64,000 nt of DNA from Vulcanimicrobiota bacterium (GTDB lineage Bacteria; Vulcanimicrobiota; Vulcanimicrobiia; Vulcanimicrobiales; Vulcanimicrobiaceae). Positions 1 to 11,876 of this stretch are shown here, in pieces. Location of the stretch: NCBI GenBank assembly GCA_963777315.1, contig CAVZQC010000002.1, positions 512,001 to 576,000 of the forward strand, read 5' to 3'. Position 1 is the stretch's first letter, and each line of letters opens with the position of its first letter. A program made the translations under genes and the position numbers. Under the pieces are notes generated by a model that saw only the letters and a list, made by a program, of their open reading frames with translations, was not told where the DNA came from and searched no databases.

Positions 1-77
1 TTGATCTCGGCAAAGCGCGCGAAAGCCTTGCGCGTTTTCTGCCGGTCCCACCGCTCCTCTTCCGTGTGCTGATGCAC
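1..77 (-). CDS. 5' part of a CDS running off the window; probably the SigB/SigF-family sigma factor
   Basis: GTG at 77 opens MHQHTEEERWDRQKTRKAFARFAEI... 7 nt after the rsbW stop; identity inferred only from the rsbV-rsbW-sigma gene order. Confidence 0.35.
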   Translation of the reverse strand, partial: MHQHTEEERWDRQKTRKAFARFAEI

Positions 78-84
78 TAGCCGC

Positions 85-517
85 TTAGGCCGATACTTTT
101 TTAGTCATGACCAGATTGGTGCCCCTGTCCGGATGCACGTCGTATTCGACGGTGTCCATCAGCGAGCGGATAAGAAACACGCCCAAGCCGCCCACGCGAG
201 GTTCGTCGACGCGGCGCGAATGGATGGTTTCCGGGCGCGTGCCCCGACCGTAGTCGCGAACGCGAACGGTCAAAGCGTCGGTTTCCGTTTCGCAGGTGAT
301 CTCGATCTGATCGCTTTCGTGGGCGTGCTGTATGCAGTTCGTGCAGGCTTCGGCAACGGCAAGCTTGACGTCTTCGATATCTTCAATCGAGAAGTTCAGC
401 CGGTTGGCAACCGCAGCTGACGGCCAAACGGGCTACGGCGACCCATTCGGCTTTGCTGGGGATGCGCAGCTCGACGATGCCCACGGACCGGTCGGAATGA
501 GCGACCGGCTGGTTCAC
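85..517 (-). CDS. rsbW: Anti-sigma factor Ser/Thr kinase RsbW/SpoIIAB family (one extra base near 419 splits it in this assembly)
   Basis: N-half VELRIPSKAEWVAVARLAV and shifted-frame ANRLNFSIEDIEDVKLAVAEACTNCIQHA...VRDYGRG...GGLGVFLIRSLMD (GHKL N, G1, G2 boxes); GTGA overlap with rsbV stop; length 433 = 3n+1. Confidence 0.9.
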
Positions 518-858
518 ACTAATGCCTTCATCGCCGCATCCTCGTCGTCGTAAATGCCGAAGATTTTGACCAAACCGGTGATGTCGAAGATCTTTTTGAT
601 CTGCGGATTCGTGCAAACCAGATTGACGGTTCCCCCGTGTTCGCGCACGCGCTTGAGGCCGCCGATGAGCACGCCCAGTCCGGTGGAGTCGATGTAGCGC
701 ACCTTCTCCAGATTGATGACGAGATTGTAATGGCCCTTGTCAATGAGATCGCCGATGGCGTCCTTGACCTTCGGAGAGGTGTAGACGTCGATTTCACCGT
801 TTAAATCGACGACGTACGTGTCGCCTTGCGCCTCTCGAACGTTCACTTTAATATCCAC
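514..858 (-). CDS. rsbV: Anti-sigma factor antagonist (STAS) RsbV/SpoIIAA
   Basis: GEIDVYTSPKVK, YIDSTGLGVL phospho-Ser motif, IFDITGL; AGGAG RBS before GTG at 858. Confidence 0.93.
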   Translation of the reverse strand: MDIKVNVREAQGDTYVVDLNGEIDVYTSPKVKDAIGDLIDKGHYNLVINLEKVRYIDSTGLGVLIGGLKRVREHGGTVNLVCTNPQIKKIFDITGLVKIFGIYDDEDAAMKALV

Positions 859-866
859 GCTTGCTC

Positions 867-1178
867 CTAAGAGTCCGATGATTGGGATTGAGATTCCGAT
901 TCGCGCGACAGCTCGCCGCGCAGGCGGTCCGCGGTCGTGTGGCCTTCCCGAACTGCAGCATCGATGGTGGTTCGTGCAGTGTCGATCACGGTTTTTCCGC
1001 GCGCGTACAGATCGCGAAGATCGCCGCCCGCGTCGGCGGCAACGTTGCGGGCTTCGAGGGCCTTGCCTACGAGAACGTCGCGCGCGTCCTCCTGAGCGAC
1101 CACATAGGCCAGGATGCCGCCCGCTGCGGCGCCCGCGAGAAAGCCTGCGAAAAATCCGCCGGCTTTGCCATCGCTCAT
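867..1178 (-). CDS. YtxH-like general stress membrane protein
   Basis: N-terminal GFFAGFLAGAAAGG hydrophobic helix followed by a helical tail; coupled to upstream DUF948 gene. Confidence 0.7.
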   Translation of the reverse strand: MSDGKAGGFFAGFLAGAAAGGILAYVVAQEDARDVLVGKALEARNVAADAGGDLRDLYARGKTVIDTARTTIDAAVREGHTTADRLRGELSRESESQSQSSDS

Positions 1179-1585
1179 GCGCTCTCCCGAGTCTGCTTGT
1201 CGCCGCGCACCAAGCGGCGAAGGCCCGCACTAATGCCCCCCAGAGTCGCCCCGACGTTTACGATGGACGGCGAAAGCGCGTCTTGGGTCAGCGCCGCCGT
1301 ATTCGCAAGCGAAGCGGCGATACGCTCGAGCGAGCCCACGATGCCCGACAGTCGCGCTATCGTTTTGTCCGCAGTGTCGGCGATGCCGCCGACGTGCGCC
1401 AGCGTTTCGTTGACGGGTGCGCTCAATGCGGCGACCTGCTGATCGACGCCGTCGAGCGTTTGATTGACGCGCCGCAGCGTTCGCGCCACTCCCGCCATGG
1501 CGACGAAGATGCCCAGCCCTGCCAAAAACGCGCCAATGCCGCCTGCCACATCGAGAAAGGCAGACCAGTCAAAGCCTGTACTCAA
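1175..1585 (-). CDS. DUF948 / YtxG-YoxC-like membrane-anchored coiled-coil protein
   Basis: N-terminal TM then RTLRRVNQTLDGVDQQV heptads; GGAGG RBS; sits upstream of the YtxH-like gene. Confidence 0.7.
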   Translation of the reverse strand: MSTGFDWSAFLDVAGGIGAFLAGLGIFVAMAGVARTLRRVNQTLDGVDQQVAALSAPVNETLAHVGGIADTADKTIARLSGIVGSLERIAASLANTAALTQDALSPSIVNVGATLGGISAGLRRLVRGDKQTRESA

Positions 1586-1615
1586 CGATTACCTCCGTCC
1601 GGACGTGAACGAACT

Positions 1616-1640
1616 ATTCCCCGTTTTACTCAAAAAGCAC
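1616..1640 (-). promoter_or_regulatory. Possible SigB-type promoter of the DUF948-ytxH-rsbVW operon
   Basis: GTGCTT-N13-GGGAAT; good -10, poor -35. Confidence 0.35.
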
Positions 1641-2808
1641 CGCCGGAACCCAACGGCGCTGCCGCAATCGCGCGCAGATCCTCAACGGAGCGCTCGAGCA
1701 CTTGCGCGGCGCGATCGAGGTCGGCCTGCGTCGTGTCGCGGTCGAGCGAGAAGCGAATCACCCCGCGCGTCCACGGCTCGGGCAAGTCCAAGGCCGCGAT
1801 CACGTGGCTGGGTTCGATCGAGCCTGAGGCGCACGCGCTTCCGGCGGAAGCCGCAACGCCGTCCAGATCCAGCCGCACGAGCAGCTGCTCCGAAGAAACG
1901 CCCAAAAAACTCAGGTTCGATATATGCGGCGACCGGGGAGCGCCTGCCCCGTTGACGCGGACGTCCGCAATCCCGGCCTGTATCCGGGCTTCGAACCGGT
2001 CGCGCAGGCCCTGCACTTTTTCGGCCGTCGCGGCGCGCTCGGCAACTGCGAGCTCCAGCGCGCGTGCGAATCCGACGATGCCTGCCACGTTCTCGGTCCC
2101 GGCGCGCTTGGCGAACTCTTGGCTGCCTCCGTGCACGATCGGCAACAAAGGTGAGGAGTGCGCAATGTAGAGAGCGCCGACGCCTTTGGGCCCGTGCAAT
2201 TTGTGCGCCGCCAGAGAAAGCGCGTCGACGCCCAGCTCGCGCACGTCGACGGGCAGATAGGCTGCCGCTTGCACGGCATCAGTGTGAAAAAAGGTTCCGT
2301 TGCGGCGAGCAAGCGCCGCAAGCCGTGAGAGCGGCTGCACCGTTCCCAGTTCGTTGTTGACGTACATGACCGAGGCCAGAATCGTGTCCGGGCGCAGCGC
2401 GCTCTCGAACGTTTGCGGCTGCAGCACTCCGCGTTCGTCTACGTCGAGCAGCGTTATCTCAAATCCCTCGTCCCCAAGCGCATCGAGCGCGTGCAAGACG
2501 GCGTGGTGCTCGATCGCCGAAGCAACGATATGCCGGCCTCGTTCGCGCAGCGCGCGCGCCACGCCGATGAGCGCCAGGTTGTCCGATTCGGAACCGCTCC
2601 CGGTGAAGAGTACGTCGGTATGTTTTGCGCCGATGCACTGCGCTACGCAGGCCCTGGCATCGTCCAGCGCTTTGCGCGCCGCACGGCCTTCGGCATGAAG
2701 CGAGCCGGCATTGTATGCGCAGTGCGTAAAATACGGCAGCATCGCCTGCAGCGCTTCCGAGCGTACCGGCGTGGTTGCCGCGTTATCCAAATAAATGCGT
2801 TTGGTCAC
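1630..2808 (-). CDS. iscS: Cysteine desulfurase (IscS/NifS group I)
   Basis: IYLDNAATTP, AHKLHGPKG PLP lysine, SAGSACAS catalytic Cys. Confidence 0.95.
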   Translation of the reverse strand: MTKRIYLDNAATTPVRSEALQAMLPYFTHCAYNAGSLHAEGRAARKALDDARACVAQCIGAKHTDVLFTGSGSESDNLALIGVARALRERGRHIVASAIEHHAVLHALDALGDEGFEITLLDVDERGVLQPQTFESALRPDTILASVMYVNNELGTVQPLSRLAALARRNGTFFHTDAVQAAAYLPVDVRELGVDALSLAAHKLHGPKGVGALYIAHSSPLLPIVHGGSQEFAKRAGTENVAGIVGFARALELAVAERAATAEKVQGLRDRFEARIQAGIADVRVNGAGAPRSPHISNLSFLGVSSEQLLVRLDLDGVAASAGSACASGSIEPSHVIAALDLPEPWTRGVIRFSLDRDTTQADLDRAAQVLERSVEDLRAIAAAPLGSGGAF

Positions 2809-2885
2809 AGCACATTCTCAGACACGAGCATTACGATGTGCCCGTGCGAAGCTCCATTGCACACTCCGAGAAGTAGCAACGGGAG

Positions 2886-2914
2886 AGCGGTCCGGGCAAC
2901 CGGGCCGCTTTTTT
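2886..2914 (+). terminator. Rho-independent terminator-like hairpin facing the + strand
   Basis: AGCGGTCCGG-GCAA-CCGGGCCGCT followed by a T-run; G-U pair and T-tract only work on the + strand. Confidence 0.7.
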
Positions 2915-4253
2915 ATATCTCGTTGCGGCGTTTTACCCAATCGACGAGCCGCTGCTCGTCACCTTGCGACCCCGGCTCGTAGTAACGGCGACCCTGCAGG
3001 GCTTCGGGCAGGTACGACTGCAGCCGCTGCGCGGGCGGGAGATCGCCGCGGTGCTTGCGGTAATCCTCGCTCGCATGCGCGTATTCGTAATCGCGCCCGT
3101 ATCCGAGTTCTTTCATCAGCCCCGTCGGCGCATTGCGCAGGTGCACCGGCACGGGATCGTTGCGGGTATTCTCGACGTCGTGCAGCGCGCCCGAATACGC
3201 GCGTCCGACGCTGTTGCTTTTGGGCGCGGTTGCCAAATAGAGCGCTGCGTGCGCGAGCGGATAAAAGCCTTCGGGCATGCCGACGAAATGCACCGCCTGC
3301 TGTGCGGCTACGGCAACGGATATGGCGCGCGAATCCGCCAAACCGACGTCCTCGGAAGCGAGAATCACCAAGCGGCGCGCGATGAAGAGCGGGTCTTCGC
3401 CGCCGTCGATCATGCGCGCAAGCCAGTACGCGGCCGCATCGGGATCGCTGCCGCGAATACTTTTGATGAACGCGCTGACGACGTCGTAGTGCTGATCGCC
3501 GTCCTTATCGTACGACACCGCTCGCCGCTGCATCGCGTCTGCCACGGCCGCGGCCGTGATCGTGCGCGTTCCGTTCTCGTCTTGCGGCGCAACGGCGGCC
3601 GAGAAATCCAGGGTGCTCAAAGCACTGCGCGCATCGCCGTTGGAAAGATCGACCAGCGCTTTGCGCGCCTGCGGCTCCAGACGCAGCTCGAGCGAGCCCA
3701 GACCGCGCTCCGGGTCGCGCAGAGCCCGGTCGACGATCGTTCCGACTTGATCGTCGGTGAGCGCTTTGAGCACGAAAACGCGCGAGCGCGAGAGCAGCGC
3801 GGAATTCACTTCGAACGACGGGTTCTCGGTGGTTGCGCCGATCAGCGTAACGGTGCCGTTCTCGACGTACGGCAGCACGGCGTCCTGCTGGGCTTTGTTG
3901 AAGCGATGAATTTCGTCGATGAAAAGCACCGTGCGCTTGCCCAGCGCTCGCCGGTGCTGCGCTTCCGACACGATCTTGCGCAGATCGGCTACGCCCGCGC
4001 TGACCGCCGAAATCGAGCTGAAATGCGCTCCCGTCATTCGCGCAACGATCTGGGCGAGCGTCGTTTTGCCGGTTCCGGGCGGCCCCCATAGGATCATCGA
4101 GGGAACGTTGTCGTTTTCGATCGCGCGGCGAAGCGCGTGTCCCGGCCCCAAGACGTGTTCCTGGCCCACGAACTCGTCCAGGCTAACGGGGCGCATGCGT
4201 GCGGGCAACGGTTCTGCGAGGGTATCGCCCGGCGAGAAGAGCGTCGGCTCCAA
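2913..4253 (-). CDS. rarA: Replication-associated recombination protein A (MgsA/RarA AAA+ ATPase)
   Basis: [56 protein letters not shown]. Confidence 0.96.
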   Translation of the reverse strand: MEPTLFSPGDTLAEPLPARMRPVSLDEFVGQEHVLGPGHALRRAIENDNVPSMILWGPPGTGKTTLAQIVARMTGAHFSSISAVSAGVADLRKIVSEAQHRRALGKRTVLFIDEIHRFNKAQQDAVLPYVENGTVTLIGATTENPSFEVNSALLSRSRVFVLKALTDDQVGTIVDRALRDPERGLGSLELRLEPQARKALVDLSNGDARSALSTLDFSAAVAPQDENGTRTITAAAVADAMQRRAVSYDKDGDQHYDVVSAFIKSIRGSDPDAAAYWLARMIDGGEDPLFIARRLVILASEDVGLADSRAISVAVAAQQAVHFVGMPEGFYPLAHAALYLATAPKSNSVGRAYSGALHDVENTRNDPVPVHLRNAPTGLMKELGYGRDYEYAHASEDYRKHRGDLPPAQRLQSYLPEALQGRRYYEPGSQGDEQRLVDWVKRRNEI

Positions 4254-4257
4254 AACG

Positions 4258-4902
4258 CTACGGAATCTTCGGCTTCTTGATGACGATCGGTTTGGGCGTA
4301 GCGATCGACGGGGTGATGCCCGGGAACGTCAGCGTCACGTTGTTTTGCGCGACTCCCTGGCCGGTCAGCGTATTGTACGTTGCCCGATCGGCGTCCAAGG
4401 TGCGATCGCCTTCGATCACATGGACCTTGCCGGTGAGATCGAGCTGATGGGTTACGTCGTTCAAATGCGCGTTTTCCGCGTCGACGTTCGTGTCCGCCTG
4501 CTCGTAATGCACGTGCCCTTTTGCATCGTAGAGATGCGCTGTGTCGTCGACGTGGAGCTGGTCGGAGGTAAGCATTGCCGGTCCACGCGATTGCGCCGGC
4601 TTCGCACTCTTCAAGCCGAACGTTCCCCCGGTGTCCTGCAGGCTTACGTGCCCGTAGAGCGCGGCTTGGCGCTGCTTGTAGTTTCCGTTTGCACGGTCCG
4701 CATGAATCACCGAGCCGTCCGCGCGCGTGAGCGTAACGCGATCGGGCGCGGAGAAATCGCCCGATCCCATGTTGGCGCTGAGCCTGTCGGTCTGCAGATC
4801 CCATTGGCCCACCGATGCGGAGGAATGCGTTGACGGACGGGCGTGCGCGGCGGCCGCGCCCAAGAGCAGCAGGATGGCGAAAACAGCGATCGGACGTATC
4901 AT
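4258..4902 (-). CDS. Exported LptA/OstA-like beta-jellyroll protein
   Basis: Signal peptide; repeated IHADRA / AKGHVHY / LTGKVHV / LDADRATY beta motifs. Confidence 0.7.
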   Translation of the reverse strand: MIRPIAVFAILLLLGAAAAHARPSTHSSASVGQWDLQTDRLSANMGSGDFSAPDRVTLTRADGSVIHADRANGNYKQRQAALYGHVSLQDTGGTFGLKSAKPAQSRGPAMLTSDQLHVDDTAHLYDAKGHVHYEQADTNVDAENAHLNDVTHQLDLTGKVHVIEGDRTLDADRATYNTLTGQGVAQNNVTLTFPGITPSIATPKPIVIKKPKIP

Positions 4903-5411
4903 TGCGAGAGCTGCACGTTTCCGTAAAGATTGATTTCGTGCGTGATGCCGTTCATCACGGCGCGATCGGCGCGCACTTCGCTGCCGCCCTGCAGAAAATG
5001 AACGTTTCCCGTCGCGACGTACGTTTTTGTTGTGCCGTCTATCGTCAGGTTCTCGCACGTTAACGTGGCGGGGGCGCTTGAATTATTTTGTCCGGCAAAC
5101 TTGGTGAGCACGCCGTTGCTGTCGTGCAGCACGACGTGGCCCGTCAGCGTGGCCTGGTGCGACTTCCAGTTTCCCTGCGCGCGATCGGCTTGAATATCGC
5201 TGCCCGGACGGGTAAGGACGATGCGTCCCGGCGTCGTAAACGTTCCGCTTTGCCAGTTGGCGTTGAGCTCGCCCGTGGTTACGTGCCAATCGGAAAACGA
5301 GAATCCGGCTCCGGCAGATTGCTGCGCGAGCTGTTTGGGGACGGCCGCCGGCGCGGTTTGCGCCGCGATCGCAAAAGCGGCCGCCAAGAAGATGAGCGTA
5401 CGGCGCGTCAT
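4899..5411 (-). CDS. Exported LptA/OstA-like protein (paralog)
   Basis: Signal peptide; IQADRA, LTGHVVL, ATGNVHF, VRADRA, LYGNVQL motifs; ATGA overlaps at both ends. Confidence 0.7.
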   Translation of the reverse strand: MTRRTLIFLAAAFAIAAQTAPAAVPKQLAQQSAGAGFSFSDWHVTTGELNANWQSGTFTTPGRIVLTRPGSDIQADRAQGNWKSHQATLTGHVVLHDSNGVLTKFAGQNNSSAPATLTCENLTIDGTTKTYVATGNVHFLQGGSEVRADRAVMNGITHEINLYGNVQLSQ

Positions 5412-6082
5412 CGCACCTTGCGCGCCGAAAGCGCGGGGCGAACCGACGGGCCGAGCAGTTCGGTCAGTTTGTCCACGGAAACGACGCCTTCGCGCACCAC
5501 GATGATGTGCGGGCCCGTCATGTCGATGACCGTCGACTCGCGCGCGTACTTGGTTGGGCCGTTTTCGACCAGCAAGTCCGCGGGCGGCAGCATTTCCCAA
5601 TCTCCCGCGCCGCAGTACGCGCTCTCGCCGCTGGCATTGGCGCTGGTTGCAGCCCATGGGCCGCAGCGCTCGAGCATGCGTGCGCAAAGCGAATCGTCGG
5701 GGACGCGGAAACCCAGTGTGGCAAGTCCGGCAGTGACCTCCTGGTCGATGAACGAGGGCTTTGCTAGTATTATCGTCACCGGGCCCGGCATTAAGCGTCG
5801 TGCCGCCCCGATGGCTTCCGGATGCTCTGCCGCGTACTCCGCAAACTCCGCCGCGGTGGCCAGATGGAGGGATAGCGGTTTGTCCGCAGGCCGTTGTTTG
5901 GATGCGTACACGGCGTCGACCGCAGCAGGGTTATAGGGATCGCAGCCGATTCCGTAGACCGTGTCGGTGGGGAATATCACCGTTCCGCCGCCGAAGACGA
6001 CGCTCGCAACCTCCTCGACCACACGAGCGTGCGACTCTTTGCGTGCATCGAGGACGTTTGCGACCTTCACCGCTGTTTTCAT
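5408..6082 (-). CDS. tsaC: L-threonylcarbamoyladenylate synthase (TsaC/YrdC)
   Basis: FPTDTVYGIG, KQRPADKPL, PGPVT, TSANASG. Confidence 0.93.
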   Translation of the reverse strand: MKTAVKVANVLDARKESHARVVEEVASVVFGGGTVIFPTDTVYGIGCDPYNPAAVDAVYASKQRPADKPLSLHLATAAEFAEYAAEHPEAIGAARRLMPGPVTIILAKPSFIDQEVTAGLATLGFRVPDDSLCARMLERCGPWAATSANASGESAYCGAGDWEMLPPADLLVENGPTKYARESTVIDMTGPHIIVVREGVVSVDKLTELLGPSVRPALSARKVR

Positions 6083-6127
6083 ACCCCAGCGGTTCGCGGT
6101 TGCCTTCGCGACTCGAAGGCGAGCCGG

Positions 6128-7126
<999 letters not shown>

Positions 7127-7148
7127 CTAAAAAACTGCGCGGCTTTGC

Positions 7149-8516
7149 TCACTCTTCGGCAATCCGCGCCCGGGTAATAGGATACTCGCTCGTCTCGAAA
7201 ACTCCGTTGGGCTCGACGAGCGGCGTTATGCCGCTCGCCCGCTGCACCTGGCCGCCCAAGGCAGAGAGCATTTCTTCCAAGCGTTCGTGTCCGCGATCGA
7301 TGTATTCCAGTCCGATGATTTCGGTTTCGCCCTGCGCAGCAAGGCCGGCAACCACCAGTGCCGCGCCCGCGCGAATGTCCGGAGCTTCGACCGGCGCGCC
7401 GGACAGCGGAACGCCGCCTTTGACGACGGCGGTGTTGCTTTCCATCGAAACGCGTACTTCGGCGCCCATGCGGGCCAGTTCGTTCACGTACGAAAAGCGC
7501 GCGTTGAAGATCGATTCCTCCACCACGCTGTTGCCCGGAGCCGTGCACAGGAACGAGACCATCTGCGGCTGCAAATCGGTGGGAAAGCCCGGATGCGGCG
7601 CGGTTAAAATGTCGGTGCCGCCCGCGATGCGTTCGGCCTGCACCCGTACCCAATCGTCCCCGCAGGTTACAGCCGCGCCGCACTCCTGCAGCTTGAGCAC
7701 GAGCGCCTGCAAATGGGCGGGATTGCATGCGCTGACCGTGACGTCGCCGCGCGTTGCGGCGCCGCTGAGCAGCAGCGTGCCGGCCACGATGCGGTCCGGA
7801 ATGATCGTGTACTCGACGCCGCGTAATTCGCGCACGCCCTCAATGACGATCGTATCGCTGCCGGCACCCAGGATGCGCGCTCCCATAGCGCACAGGAAAT
7901 CCGCGAGGTCGACCACTTCGGGCTCCATCGCAACGTTGCGCAGCGTCGTCGTGCCTTCGGCGAGCACGGCCGCGAGAATCGCATTCTTGGTAGCGCCTAC
8001 GCTGGGCATGCGGAATTCGATTGCAGCGCCGTACAGCGTCTTGCGTTTTGCCGTGGCTATCAAATAGCCGTGCGCGTTTTTCACCTCGCAGCCGAGTGCC
8101 AGAAACGCCTGTTCGTGCATGTCGGTCGCGCGGGTGCCGAGCACGCATCCGCCGGGAAGCGGCACCTCGGCGCGCCCGAAGCGCCCCAGCAGCGGGCCGA
8201 CGATGTCGAAGCTCGCGTTGAGCTTGCGCACCAGCGTGTAGGGCGCGCGATGTGAAGCGACGTTGCTCGTTTCGATCGTTACCGCGCCGTCGGGCTCTTG
8301 ACGCAGCCGCGCGCCCAGCGCTTCGAGCAGCGACCACATGACCGACACGTCCGTAATGCGCGGGACGCGATGCAGCGTCACTTTGCCTTTGGCAAGCAGC
8401 GACGCCGCCATGATCGGCAGCGCTGCGTTTTTGGCTCCCTGAGTACGCACGCTGCCCTCGAGCGGCGCTCCGCCGCGCACGCGCAGCGTAGTCTCCAAAC
8501 GATCGAGCGTCGTCAT
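7149..8516 (-). CDS. murA: UDP-N-acetylglucosamine 1-carboxyvinyltransferase
   Basis: GAKNAALPI, LPGGCVLGTR catalytic Cys, SVGAT, PGFPTDLQ, DIRAGAAL; homology begins at ATG 8516. Confidence 0.95.
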   Translation of the reverse strand: MTTLDRLETTLRVRGGAPLEGSVRTQGAKNAALPIMAASLLAKGKVTLHRVPRITDVSVMWSLLEALGARLRQEPDGAVTIETSNVASHRAPYTLVRKLNASFDIVGPLLGRFGRAEVPLPGGCVLGTRATDMHEQAFLALGCEVKNAHGYLIATAKRKTLYGAAIEFRMPSVGATKNAILAAVLAEGTTTLRNVAMEPEVVDLADFLCAMGARILGAGSDTIVIEGVRELRGVEYTIIPDRIVAGTLLLSGAATRGDVTVSACNPAHLQALVLKLQECGAAVTCGDDWVRVQAERIAGGTDILTAPHPGFPTDLQPQMVSFLCTAPGNSVVEESIFNARFSYVNELARMGAEVRVSMESNTAVVKGGVPLSGAPVEAPDIRAGAALVVAGLAAQGETEIIGLEYIDRGHERLEEMLSALGGQVQRASGITPLVEPNGVFETSEYPITRARIAEE

Positions 8517-9002
8517 ACCGCGGATTCGGGCCCTTCCAGGGGTTCGCACGTCAGAACGCGCGCATCGTACGGGCCACCGCGCAGGCTCGAGCTGCCGCGT
8601 CCCTTCGGGCGTGACGCGAACGAACACTTCGCTCCACGCGTTTTCGCCCAGTTCCAGCAGATCCGCATGGCCGTTCTCGATCACGCCGGCAAAGCGATAC
8701 GCCGCATCCGCCAATCGCATGCGGCCGTCGGGGTGGAATGCGGTCAGAAGTTCTCCGCGCTCGTCGAACGCACGATAACGGCGCGTGGGCACGCCGCCCA
8801 GCTCGCCGATGAACTGCAGCGGGTCTGCCCCGGAGTCCGCCGTTTGGGCCAAAGGCATATCGAGCGACGGTGCGGCCGGCGCCCTGCGCGCAGGCTTGCG
8901 CGGGGGGCTTGCTTCACGGCGCATCGCGCGCGAAATCAGCGCCAGAGCCATGAGCTCGAGCCCCGTCATCGCCAACACACTCCATCCGGATGCGCGCCGC
9001 AC
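8513..9002 (-). CDS. Hypothetical protein; appears fused to murA only because of a probable 1-nt insertion near 8584
   Basis: Removing one G at AG[G]CT gives ...QLELRGGPYDARVLTCEPLEGPESAV* whose TGA overlaps the murA ATG (ATGA); length 490 = 3n+1. Confidence 0.6.
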
Positions 9003-9024
9003 TGCCGACGGGTTCGCCGGACGC

Positions 9025-9441
9025 TCAGTGGTGTCCGGTCAGGCGCAGCTTCGCGCCCGCGAAGTCGATGACGGCCTGTTCGCGCGCGTACGCGAGCGCG
9101 TCGCCTGCCGCTTTTTGCCGCTGCGTGGCCTGCTCGAGCTCGCGCCGCGCCTGAGCCACGTCGATCTCTTCAAACGCGAGCGCATCGTCGACCAGCACGG
9201 TGACGCGATCCGGCAATGCTTGCAGAAATCCGTCGCTCGTCGCCAGCTCCAACCGGCGCGTCGTTGCGTTCTCCACGACGTTGGCGCGCAGAACGCCGGG
9301 GCGCAGCGCGCTCAAAAACGGCGCGTGGTGCGCCAAAATCCCTTCCTCGCCTTCGGTCGTCACCGCGATCACCAGCTCGGCATCGCCTTCGAAGATGACT
9401 TTCGCCGGCGTGATGAGTTTGAACGGCGTTGTTGCCGGCAT
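9025..9441 (-). CDS. atpC: ATP synthase F1 epsilon subunit
   Basis: LITPAKVIF, EGEEGILAHHAPF, C-terminal helices; last gene of the atp operon. Confidence 0.93.
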   Translation of the reverse strand: MPATTPFKLITPAKVIFEGDAELVIAVTTEGEEGILAHHAPFLSALRPGVLRANVVENATTRRLELATSDGFLQALPDRVTVLVDDALAFEEIDVAQARRELEQATQRQKAAGDALAYAREQAVIDFAGAKLRLTGHH

Positions 9442-9443
9442 GC

Positions 9444-10997
<1,554 letters not shown>

Positions 10998-11873
10998 TCA
11001 CGTTCCCGTCAGGGCTTCGGCTCCTCCGACGATCTCCAGGAGTTCCTTCGTAATTGCGGCTTGGCGCGCGTTGTTCATTTGAATCGTCAGCTCGTCGATG
11101 AGCTTGCCGGCGTTCTCCGTCGCATTGCTCATCGCGAGCAGTTGCGCTGCAAAGAACGCTGCGTCGGTTTCCAGCATCGCCGAAAATATCGTGAACTCCA
11201 GATATTTGGGCAGCAGGCGGGAGAGAACCGATTCGGCGGACGGCGTAAACTCGACGGCTCCTTTCGGGCCGCCTGCAGCAGGCTGCGCTCGACCGGCGGA
11301 GCCGGGCCGCTCGATGGGGATTAGGCGACGCGTGTCGGGCCGTTGTGAAATCATCGAAATCAACTTAGCCGATACGAGCGTGACGTCGCCGATTCTGCCC
11401 GCAACGAAATCGTCGGTTACCACCTGTGCGACCTCGCGCGCGGACGCGAGCTTCGAAGGCGCGTTGAGCTGCCATGTCGGGCGATCGGTTTGCCCCCAGC
11501 GGCGTACGGCGTTGCGCGCCTTTACGCCGACCGTGTAAAACACGGCGTCCGCGTGCTCGCGGCGATAAAGCTCGGCGGCGCGCGTGAGGTTGGAGTTAAA
11601 GGCGCCTGCAAGCCCCTTGTCGGCGGTCATCAGGATGACGCCGGACGGCGCGCCCGCAGCGGCGGGCTTCATGAACGGATGATCGATGGTGCCCGCGCTG
11701 TCCATGAGATCGTGCAGCATCTCCGAAAGGGTTTGCGCGTACGGGCGCGCAGATTTCTGCGCGAGCTCGGCTCGGCGAATCTTGGCCGCGGCCACTTGCT
11801 TCATGGCCTTGGTGATCTGCTGCGTATTCTTGAGCGATCGTATCCGATCGCGAAGATCTCTGACCGAAGGCAT
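10998..11873 (-). CDS. atpG: ATP synthase F1 gamma subunit
   Basis: ITKAMKQVAAAK, DKGLAGAFN, AMSNATENA, RQAAITKELLEIVGG. Confidence 0.96.
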   Translation of the reverse strand: MPSVRDLRDRIRSLKNTQQITKAMKQVAAAKIRRAELAQKSARPYAQTLSEMLHDLMDSAGTIDHPFMKPAAAGAPSGVILMTADKGLAGAFNSNLTRAAELYRREHADAVFYTVGVKARNAVRRWGQTDRPTWQLNAPSKLASAREVAQVVTDDFVAGRIGDVTLVSAKLISMISQRPDTRRLIPIERPGSAGRAQPAAGGPKGAVEFTPSAESVLSRLLPKYLEFTIFSAMLETDAAFFAAQLLAMSNATENAGKLIDELTIQMNNARQAAITKELLEIVGGAEALTGT

Positions 11874-11876
11874 GGA

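Noticed and set aside
85..517. rsbW and rfaE2 (39258-39780) as true pseudogenes
   Set aside because: Each has a single lesion with otherwise intact motifs, both at AGCT; a sequencing artefact is more likely, though unproven
7149..9002. 617-aa apparent fusion of an unknown domain to MurA
   Set aside because: Better explained by a 1-nt insertion near 8584; correction gives a separate gene ending in an ATGA overlap with murA
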